From an uncultured Gammaproteobacteria bacterium (GTDB lineage: Bacteria; Patescibacteriota; Microgenomatia; UBA8517): a stretch of 64,000 nucleotides of DNA. The DNA is taken from the NCBI GenBank assembly GCA_964645605.1, contig CAZYCE010000002.1, positions 3,256 to 67,255 on the forward strand, given 5' to 3'. The notes beneath the pieces are model-generated. The model was not told the DNA's origin. It did no database searches and saw nothing but the letters and a program-made list of their open reading frames with translations. This document shows positions 56,464 through 64,000 of the stretch, piece after piece (within the stretch, counting starts at the first letter, position 1; the number at the start of each line of letters is the position of its first letter). The position numbers were made by a program, and so were the translations under genes.

Positions 56464-57630
56464 TTAGTGAATTTTCCTGAGGAAGGCGGGGATTTCAAAC
56501 TTCTCACCAAAAACATCTTCGCCTTTTCCCGAATCTTCGGGATTATCGTCTATCGGTTCCTCTCCCTCTCCGGTATCTTCATGATTTGATGTGGAAATTG
56601 GCGCATCGCTGACAACGCCTTGAATAATCGGTTTTTGAACTGAGGTCTGGCTCATTTGGGCAAGCCTTGAGCGTGTTTCATCAAACCCCGTTGCAATCAC
56701 GGTAATTTTAACTTGATCCGAGAGATCCGGTTTTATAACAGCTCCAAAAATAACATTTGCATCCGGATCGGCGGCTGAAGAAATTATTCTGGCTGCCTCA
56801 TCAACTTCAAACATGGTCAAATCATTTCCTCCTGCAACATTGAACAAAACTCCGCGGGCACCCTCGATAGAAAGGTCGAGAAGAGGTGAGGAAACTGCAG
56901 CTCGAGCGGCCATTTGGGCTCTATTTTCCCCTACTCCAGTCCCGATTCCAAGAAGTGCGGATCCGGCATCCTTCATAATTGTCTTAACGTCGGCAAAATC
57001 TACGTTTACAAGACCGGCTGTTGTAATAATATCGGCAATTCCGCCAACACCTTGACCGAGGACCGAATCAACCACTTTAAATGCTTCAAGAAGAGTCATT
57101 TTTCTATCAATGACATCCATTAACCTTTGATTTGGAATAACAATTAGGGTATCTGTTGCCTCTTTCAATTTCTCGATTCCGTCCTCGGCCGCAACCATCC
57201 TTCTGGTTCCTTCAAACGAAAACGGTTTGGTAACAACCCCGATGGTAAGAGCTCCCGCCTCTTTTGCCAGTTGGGCAATAACTGGGGTAGCCCCTGTGCC
57301 TGTTCCTCCCCCCATCCCCGCCGTAACAAAAACCATATCCGTATCTATAAGAAGTTCTTTTATTTTTTCGACTGATTCCTCCGCTGCCTGACGGCCAACG
57401 TCCGGATCTCCACCAACACCAAGTCCTTTAGTTAGTTTTTCTCCTATCTGAAGTTTCGTCGGAGCCTTGTTGTTTAGAAGAACCTGGGCATCGGTGTTTA
57501 TCGCAACAAATTCTACGCCATCCACAATTCCAGACTCAATCATTGAGCTTATTGCGTTTCCACCACCACCACCAACTCCTATTACTTTTATTTTCGCAAT
57601 CCTTGCGGAATCCGGTTTGACTAATGCCAT
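56464..57630 (-). CDS. ftsZ: Cell division protein FtsZ
   Basis: GGGTGTG tubulin signature, NVDFAD and C-terminal IPAFLRK. Confidence 0.99.
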   Translation of the reverse strand: MALVKPDSARIAKIKVIGVGGGGGNAISSMIESGIVDGVEFVAINTDAQVLLNNKAPTKLQIGEKLTKGLGVGGDPDVGRQAAEESVEKIKELLIDTDMVFVTAGMGGGTGTGATPVIAQLAKEAGALTIGVVTKPFSFEGTRRMVAAEDGIEKLKEATDTLIVIPNQRLMDVIDRKMTLLEAFKVVDSVLGQGVGGIADIITTAGLVNVDFADVKTIMKDAGSALLGIGTGVGENRAQMAARAAVSSPLLDLSIEGARGVLFNVAGGNDLTMFEVDEAARIISSAADPDANVIFGAVIKPDLSDQVKITVIATGFDETRSRLAQMSQTSVQKPIIQGVVSDAPISTSNHEDTGEGEEPIDDNPEDSGKGEDVFGEKFEIPAFLRKIH

Positions 57631-57696
57631 AATATATAAATTTAACCCAAAACTCTATGTGGCAGAATTGTACCTTGGGCAGAAGAAAAACACAAG

Positions 57697-57712
57697 CCTG
57701 CCGTCAGGCAGG
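57697..57712. repeat. GC-rich REP-like palindrome CCTGCC-GTCA-GGCAGG
   Basis: Perfect 6-bp inverted repeat 7 nt after the ftsA stop; no U-tract follows. Confidence 0.5.
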
Positions 57713-57719
57713 TAGGCAA

Positions 57720-58988
57720 CTAAGGCAATAAATTTTTAACACTATCAATTAATTTTCCGAGAACTCCGACCGAAGGTAGTTTCACCTTTTTTGATAAGCT
57801 TGTCAAGTTGTCTTGAGGTTTTGACTTTGCACCATAAAGAATAAGTCCAACACATGTAGAAAATGACGGGGTGATTACGTCATCAATTAGTCCTCCCACC
57901 CCTCTGGGAAGGCCTATTCTTACAGGAACGGATAAAACCCTCTTAGCGGAATCAATGACCCCGGCAGTTTCCGCCCCACCACCTGTGATAATTGCGCCTG
58001 AGGGAATCATATTGGTAATACCCTCCTTTTCCAGTTCCAGTTTAACCATTGAAAAAATCTCGTTAAGCCTTGGCCTGATAATTCCCTCAACAAGGGTTTT
58101 TTTGGAAATTTTTCTTATTTCTGTGATATTTAATCCCGCCAGATCCAGTTCGTCGGTTTCCTCAGCATCCTTTTTCTTTTTGGCGGAAAGGGCAATCTTT
58201 ATTTTTTCGGCAGTTTCAAGTGAAACTCTAAGGCCTATCGCAAGATCGTTGGTTACGTTTTTGGCACCTATCGGAATTACGCCTGAATAAGCAATTGACC
58301 CATCAATATATGCCGCAATCGAAGTGGTTCCTCCTCCGATATCAATAAGAACACATCCTAATTCTTTTTCCGTAGGCGTAAGGACGGCCTCAGCAGAAGC
58401 CAAACCCGAAAAAACCATTTCCTCGATTTTGATCCCGACTTCGTTTACTGCCTTTTTGATGTTTTTTAAGGCCGATGAGGCTGCAGAAACTATATGCGTC
58501 TCCACCTCAAGCCTGACTCCGCTCATTCCTACGGCATCTCTGACACCCGCCTCACCATCGACAATAAATTCTCTTGGCACAACAAAAATAACCTCACGGG
58601 ATACGGGAAGAGAAACAGCGGAAGCCGCCTCGATGGCGCGGTCTATATCGTTTTCGGTAATTTCTCCGTTGGGATCAGAAACCGCAACTACTCCGTGTGA
58701 ATTCTGGGAATGAATATGGGCTCCTCCGATTGACAAGTAGGCAACATCAAGATTGTATCCGGCCATACGCTCCGCGGCTTCGACCGAGGTAATCATTGCC
58801 TCTACAGCTTCATCAATATCCACAATTTGCCCTTTTTTAATTCCTTTTGATTCCGATTGGGAGGCTCCAACCACGTTTATCGAGATTTCTCCGGTGACTG
58901 GATCTGTAACCACTTGACTTACTAGAGTCGCAATCTTACTCGATCCCATGTCTATTGCCGCAACGATTCTTGATTTACTCATTTTCAT
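57720..58988 (-). CDS. ftsA: Cell division protein FtsA
   Basis: IDMGSSK, AERMAG, DIGGGTT, AEKIK and TGGGA motifs. Confidence 0.97.
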   Translation of the reverse strand: MKMSKSRIVAAIDMGSSKIATLVSQVVTDPVTGEISINVVGASQSESKGIKKGQIVDIDEAVEAMITSVEAAERMAGYNLDVAYLSIGGAHIHSQNSHGVVAVSDPNGEITENDIDRAIEAASAVSLPVSREVIFVVPREFIVDGEAGVRDAVGMSGVRLEVETHIVSAASSALKNIKKAVNEVGIKIEEMVFSGLASAEAVLTPTEKELGCVLIDIGGGTTSIAAYIDGSIAYSGVIPIGAKNVTNDLAIGLRVSLETAEKIKIALSAKKKKDAEETDELDLAGLNITEIRKISKKTLVEGIIRPRLNEIFSMVKLELEKEGITNMIPSGAIITGGGAETAGVIDSAKRVLSVPVRIGLPRGVGGLIDDVITPSFSTCVGLILYGAKSKPQDNLTSLSKKVKLPSVGVLGKLIDSVKNLLP

Positions 58989-58996
58989 TCTTTAAT

Positions 58997-59668
58997 TTAT
59001 CTTAATACAGGATTTTTGTACCGCAAGTCAATCTGTGAATACAGTGTTCCCCCTTCATTCTCACGAATATTTTTATATATAAGCCTCAAAGACCCCAAAA
59101 GCGTATCGGCATCTATACCCGCTAATGGAAATATTACTCTGATTGACCCCGGTAGATCAACCAGCAAAGTATCTCCTTCGATATTGCCCGAGCCGGTTTG
59201 ATACATTTTATATACACCATGGATCAGGTCAAGGGCAAATAAATTTTTTTCACTTACCCGGGAGCCAACCGTGGGCAAATCCTCGTTTATGATAACTACC
59301 GGTAAGCTTGCCTGGCTTGAGGTGGCCAAAACCATCCCCTCTTTGTCGACAAGAGCAAAAGTGCCGGATGTGGCGTTTTTAAGAGCAAAAATCGGTTTTT
59401 TAATAATTAAGTCTACTTTTAAAATATTCGGGAGTTTGAATTGTATGGTGTATGCCGAAACCAAAAAGTTGGTGCTGAGGGTTTTTTCTAATTCGCGCCT
59501 TGCCATTACTAGGCGCTTACCGTTTATTCCGACAAGTTTATCGGAAACCCCGAAAGGACACTCTCCATATTGGCTTCTACAATTTACTCTGACTTTAATA
59601 AGCAATCCGGGCAGAAAAAAAATAAGAAGTAAAATAATAATTGTTGCCGGAATGATAATTTTTTTCAC
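58997..59668 (-). CDS. ftsQ: FtsQ/DivIB-like protein
   Basis: Transmembrane helix, KLPNILKV, LVDKEG and terminal IDLRYKNP; lies between murG and ftsA. Confidence 0.7.
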   Translation of the reverse strand: MKKIIIPATIIILLLIFFLPGLLIKVRVNCRSQYGECPFGVSDKLVGINGKRLVMARRELEKTLSTNFLVSAYTIQFKLPNILKVDLIIKKPIFALKNATSGTFALVDKEGMVLATSSQASLPVVIINEDLPTVGSRVSEKNLFALDLIHGVYKMYQTGSGNIEGDTLLVDLPGSIRVIFPLAGIDADTLLGSLRLIYKNIRENEGGTLYSQIDLRYKNPVLR

Positions 59669-60765
59669 TTCATGTAGTCCTCAAGTAATCTGACCAGTCT
59701 TTTGGATGCATCAAAATCCGGACTTTTCTTACCTTTCATCCGCAGTCTTATTTCAGGTAAATCCGATATCAGGGATTCTATTGAACTTAAAAGCCGTTCC
59801 GGAGTTAGCCTGCTTTGGGGAATTATCCTGGCTATGCCCCAATCCTTGGCAATTTTGGCATTTTCGGTTTGCTCATCCAAATAGCTGATTGGTAAAGGAA
59901 TTAAAATAGCAGGGCGCTTAATATACATTATTTCCGAAACCGTATTTGCCCCGGCTCTGCTGACAATTATTGATGCCCGTGAATAAATTTCGGAAATTTC
60001 AAGCGGGTTTACACGCACAAACACCTCATAGTTGTCTCTTAGGGCTTGGGGAAGTTTTTGTTTGATAGTGGAGAACTTGAGATAATCAAGCCCCCCGGTT
60101 TGATGAATTACTTTATATTTACTAAGAAGAATCTTCAATATTTGTTCAACGGCATCATTAATGCTCTGGGAACCTCTCGATCCACCCGTTATATAGATAA
60201 TCGGTATTTCTGAACGTATTGGAGTTTTTACTGTTTTTATCTCTTTCATTATAGGGTTGCCGGTAATCACACAGCTGGAGTTTTTAAAATATTTTTTACT
60301 TTGCTCTCTGGAAATGGCTATCTTGGTTGCAAATTTGGCCGAAGCAAGATTGGCCCGTCCCGCAGCAGAAGTCTGTTCATGAATTATCACGGGAATGCCC
60401 AAAAGCTTTGCATTAAAAGCCACCGGAAAGGAAGCAAAACCCCCAAAAGAAAGTACCGCCTTAGGTCTAATTTTAATTAAGTAATAAAAGGATTGGATAA
60501 AGCCGATGGGAATTTTCAAATATGACGGAATTGTATAAATGGTAAATTTCCTCTGCAACCTCCCTGTTGTTAGGGGTAGAAATTTTACCCCAAGCCGCGG
60601 CAGTACTTCGGACTCCAACGTAACTACTTTCTTACCCTCAATCGCATTTTTAACGCCGATCCAGTAAAGTTTCCAGCCTTTACTCTGGGATCTTATCTCC
60701 TCAACTACCGCAACTGCGGTTGTGGCAGCATGTCCACCTGTTAAAACCAGTCTATTTTTGTTCAT
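59665..60765 (-). CDS. murG: MurG GlcNAc transferase
   Basis: TGGH, FGGF, IHEQ, TGNP, GGSRGS, SRAGA and EQTENA motifs. Confidence 0.93.
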   Translation of the reverse strand: MNKNRLVLTGGHAATTAVAVVEEIRSQSKGWKLYWIGVKNAIEGKKVVTLESEVLPRLGVKFLPLTTGRLQRKFTIYTIPSYLKIPIGFIQSFYYLIKIRPKAVLSFGGFASFPVAFNAKLLGIPVIIHEQTSAAGRANLASAKFATKIAISREQSKKYFKNSSCVITGNPIMKEIKTVKTPIRSEIPIIYITGGSRGSQSINDAVEQILKILLSKYKVIHQTGGLDYLKFSTIKQKLPQALRDNYEVFVRVNPLEISEIYSRASIIVSRAGANTVSEIMYIKRPAILIPLPISYLDEQTENAKIAKDWGIARIIPQSRLTPERLLSSIESLISDLPEIRLRMKGKKSPDFDASKRLVRLLEDYMK

Positions 60766-61858
60766 GGTTGGTAAATTTCGATATATTAAGTAGTATACCG
60801 CAAGCCGCGAGTATCATCACCAAACTGCTTCCCCCATAAGAGATAAACGGCAGAGGGATTCCGGTTAAGGGAACAAGGGAAACCATTGAACCAATGTTTA
60901 AAAACGCTTGTCCTCCTATCCAGGCAGATATTCCGGCAGCCAAAACGGATGAGAACTTATCCGGTGCATTCTTGGCAATTTTTAAGCCCCGTAAAACAAA
61001 AAAGACAAAAAGAAAAATTATGGCAAGCGCTCCAATAAGTCCAAGTTCTTCGGCAATAACCGCGAAAATAGAATCGGTTGATGCCTCCGGCAGGAACAGA
61101 TACTTTTGACGGGATGCCCCAAGTCCCGTTCCGAATATTCCCCCCGATCCAAGAGCCAAAAGAATTTGCCTAATGTGATAAGACTTCCCCAGAGGGTCAG
61201 ACGTGCTTTCCAGAAAAGTCATTAACCTGTCTTTGCGATAAGGAGAAAACAAAATCAAAATAATAACTCCGATTATTCCGGCCACCACGGATCCAAAAAC
61301 ATAGATAAGGCTTACATCCGCAACGAAAATTTGGGCAAAACCAATTGCAAGAACTACAAGCGTAGTTCCCAAATCGGGTTGAAGCATAATAAGTCCGGCA
61401 ATTAATGCCAAGGGAATAAGATAAGAAAAAGGCGATTTTCCTTTTGAAGCCACTTTTGCAAAATAGATACATATCGCAAATTTAACAATCTCTGACGGTT
61501 GAAAATTAACAGGGCCAATACGTATCCAGCGGGTTGCACCAAGGGCCGAAATCCCAAATTTTTGAATTAATACCATTACCAAAAGGCCAATCGAGACAAA
61601 GAAAAGCGGGGTAGCCAGTTTTTCCCAAAATGTATATTTAATTCTTGATATTACAAAAAATACCGCAAGACCTATTGCCGCCGATATCGCTTGCTCCTTC
61701 AGCAAATAAAATTTATCGCCGTAATTATTTAAAGATTGAGGAGTTGAAACGTCGGCTACGGCAATTATGCCAATCACAACAAGCGCAATAACCAAAAACA
61801 TCAGGTTTTTGTCGAAAGACTTACTTTGCTTTGAAAGTGTCGATTTTCTATTTCTCAC
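60752..61858 (-). CDS. ftsW: SEDS family protein FtsW
   Basis: GATRW, QPSE, QPDLG, LPEASTDSIF and PLTGIPLPFISYGGSS motifs. Confidence 0.94.
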   Translation of the reverse strand: MRNRKSTLSKQSKSFDKNLMFLVIALVVIGIIAVADVSTPQSLNNYGDKFYLLKEQAISAAIGLAVFFVISRIKYTFWEKLATPLFFVSIGLLVMVLIQKFGISALGATRWIRIGPVNFQPSEIVKFAICIYFAKVASKGKSPFSYLIPLALIAGLIMLQPDLGTTLVVLAIGFAQIFVADVSLIYVFGSVVAGIIGVIILILFSPYRKDRLMTFLESTSDPLGKSYHIRQILLALGSGGIFGTGLGASRQKYLFLPEASTDSIFAVIAEELGLIGALAIIFLFVFFVLRGLKIAKNAPDKFSSVLAAGISAWIGGQAFLNIGSMVSLVPLTGIPLPFISYGGSSLVMILAACGILLNISKFTNHEQK

Positions 61859-61869
61859 TTGAAATTAAA

Positions 61870-62919
61870 CTACATTGTTGCCAGCCAAAGTCCAAAAACG
61901 GCCAGAATGAGGCCTAAAATCCATGCGCGCATAACTATTTTTGGTTCTTTCCAACCTTTTGCCAAAAATGTATGGTGGATTGGAGCCAAAGGAAAAAGAG
62001 GTCTTTTTAGGTATTTCCAACCTAAAATTTGAGTCATCGAGGAAGCAATTTCAACTACAAAAACGCCCCCTATCACAACCAAAGCTAAAATTTTTCCTGT
62101 AATAAGCCCGATAACCGCCAGCATTGCACCAAAAGAAAGTGCACCGGCATCTCCCAAAAATATTCTTGCCGGCCATACGTTGAAATACAAAAATGCAAAT
62201 ATTGCCCCCGCCCAAAGGGAAATGAAAAACAGAAGCGGCGTGTCCAGGTTTCCCGTTGCAATTACCATAAACGCAGCTAAGCAAATCAGCAAAAGCCCGC
62301 CGGCAAGCCCGTCCAGTCCGTCAGTAACATTAAAAGCATTGGAAAAAGCAACAATCACAAAAGCGGCAAAGGGTATATACCATACACCCAAATCTAACAC
62401 TTTATGGAAGCCGGGGATATTAACTATGTGTATTCCCAGAGAGTGATATATTAAAAACCCGATAAGAAACCCCAAGATCCACTGCAAAATAAACTTCTGC
62501 CTTCTTCTTAGTCCGAACCACAGTCCCAATACACCTTTTGTGGGCTTGGCAAAAATCTTCAGAAGATCATCGGAAAGCCCCAAAAGGCCAAATGAAATAA
62601 ATGTAAGAAAAATAATAAAAACTTCGGATTTTAAAGGAAATGAACTTTTAACATAAAGGCCCATGTTGGAAGCCAAAGGAAATGAGATAGCAAAAAGCAG
62701 ACTAACCACCGCGATAATTAAAACCCCTCCTCCTACGGGTGTGCCAACTTTAATGTCGTGGAGTTTATCAAAAAGGGGTACCTTGCCAGATTCCGGGGCT
62801 TCTTTTCTTCTTGTTAAATGAAGTTTGTAAAGAAGATCAATAAAAGGAACAATCAATACTATACAAATCAGAAATGAAAAAATAATTAGACCCAAGCTTA
62901 ATGTCAGATAATTAGTCAT
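61870..62919 (-). CDS. mraY: Phospho-MurNAc-pentapeptide translocase
   Basis: KVGTPVGGG, SDD, NVTDGLDGL, FLGDAG and APIHH motifs. Confidence 0.93.
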   Translation of the reverse strand: MTNYLTLSLGLIIFSFLICIVLIVPFIDLLYKLHLTRRKEAPESGKVPLFDKLHDIKVGTPVGGGVLIIAVVSLLFAISFPLASNMGLYVKSSFPLKSEVFIIFLTFISFGLLGLSDDLLKIFAKPTKGVLGLWFGLRRRQKFILQWILGFLIGFLIYHSLGIHIVNIPGFHKVLDLGVWYIPFAAFVIVAFSNAFNVTDGLDGLAGGLLLICLAAFMVIATGNLDTPLLFFISLWAGAIFAFLYFNVWPARIFLGDAGALSFGAMLAVIGLITGKILALVVIGGVFVVEIASSMTQILGWKYLKRPLFPLAPIHHTFLAKGWKEPKIVMRAWILGLILAVFGLWLATM

Positions 62920-62959
62920 ATTCCTAGTAGATTATAGACTTGCACAAAAAAAGAGGCAA

Positions 62960-64000
62960 TCAGGATAGCGCCTCAACAAGTTTATCAAGGTGTAGGAATC
63001 TGGACCCTTTAACAAAAATGGCTGAATTCCCATTAATGCGGGGCTTAATGATTTCCAAGGCATCGGTGTGGTTTCCCACCAAAAAACAATTCTTATTACC
63101 AATTTTTTTGGAAGCCTCCTCAACAATGAAGCGGGCAGCACTCCCAACTCCAACAAGACAACTAAACTCTATTGTACCGGCCTTTTTGCCAAGTTGCCTG
63201 TGAGCTTCTTCTTCATATTTCCCAAGTTCCAGCATGTCTCCAATTACGGCAATTTTAACTCTGCCCTTCGAGACTGCGGCAAAAGTATCCAATGACTCTT
63301 CTGCCGCTTTAGGGTTACTATTATACGTGTCATCAAAAATGAGAGCTTTGTCCTTACCCAAAAAAGCGTTTAATCTGTGAACAGGACGCCTGAAGGATTC
63401 AATTCCTTCACATATTTTTTCAAAATTCACACCTAAGGCATCGGCTGCCCCCGCGGCCGCCAAGGCATTGTTGACAAATTGGTTACCCAAGGCTTTAATA
63501 TGAACATTTTTTGTATTCTTTTTGATCGTGAGAGCAAAATCTGTGCTCAAATCGTCATTCAATTTAACGTTTGAGGCTGTTATCTCTGAATCTTTTCCAA
63601 AATATATTACCTTAGCTTTTGCCTCTTTTCCCAGCCGGAGGGTAAATTCGTTTTCAGCATTCAAAACCGCAACTCCGCCATCTTCCAGATTTTTTATAAG
63701 TTTTCCTTTTTCCAAAGCAACACCTTTTTTGTCTTTAAGAAATTCCGTATGGGTTGTGGCAATATTTGTCACGATTCCCACATTGGGTCTTGCCAGCCAA
63801 AGATAAAAATCCATCTCATTTGGAAATTCAACCGACATCTCAAGAATTAAAAATTTCGTTTTGCGATTGGCTTTTAAAATCGTATTCGGAATATTGTAAA
63901 CAGGGTCTATACCCTGCGCCGACCAAACGGTATTTCCGACCCCTTCAAGAATTGAAGCCAGGATTTCCGTAGTTGTTGTTTTACCCGTGCTGCCCGTAAT
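62960..64000 (-). CDS. murF: MurF ligase (partial; start lies beyond the right edge)
   Basis: The frame is open from 64000: ITGSTGKTTT P-loop, TNI..TH, DDTYNSNP, GDMLELG and VKGSR. Confidence 0.9.
   Translation of the reverse strand: MTGSTGKTTTTEILASILEGVGNTVWSAQGIDPVYNIPNTILKANRKTKFLILEMSVEFPNEMDFYLWLARPNVGIVTNIATTHTEFLKDKKGVALEKGKLIKNLEDGGVAVLNAENEFTLRLGKEAKAKVIYFGKDSEITASNVKLNDDLSTDFALTIKKNTKNVHIKALGNQFVNNALAAAGAADALGVNFEKICEGIESFRRPVHRLNAFLGKDKALIFDDTYNSNPKAAEESLDTFAAVSKGRVKIAVIGDMLELGKYEEEAHRQLGKKAGTIEFSCLVGVGSAARFIVEEASKKIGNKNCFLVGNHTDALEIIKPRINGNSAIFVKGSRFLHLDKLVEALS

Noticed and set aside
1-64000. CRISPR array, transposase, prophage or rRNA
   Set aside because: No regularly spaced repeats or hallmark genes were seen by eye.

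Overview
A gene-dense chromosomal segment, mostly on the minus strand. It most resembles a Patescibacteria/CPR genome, probably Microgenomates-like (inferred from gene content, compact operons and few Shine-Dalgarno sites). In order it holds: uvrC (partial), a transglutaminase-like gene, uvrA, and uvrB divergent from lexA; a glycolysis cluster (pgm, pgi/pmi, ppsA, eno, gpmI, dedA); holA, ruvC, a yraN pseudogene, rplS, dnaE and a GGDEF gene; gatC-gatA-MFS-gatB; polX-lemA-htpX; a tRNA-rich surface-glycan region (about 31.9-43.5 kb); a three-gene purine salvage cluster; lepB, parB, rpmA, rplU, rodA, ileS, dus and mltG; and a reduced dcw cluster. The most striking feature is a nested tRNA: a tRNA-Val(TAC) gene (43345-43528, minus) interrupted in its anticodon loop by a 110-nt structured insert that contains a complete tRNA-Val(CAC). 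Other highlights are a very compact (183-nt) group I intron inside the anticodon of tRNA-Asp, a divergent short PurA beside a GMP-reductase-like gene, an IleRS with an AVHH signature, candidate direct-repeat LexA operators, and widespread leaderless promoter architecture. All calls come from reading the sequence and recognising motifs; no database searches or folding programs were run.
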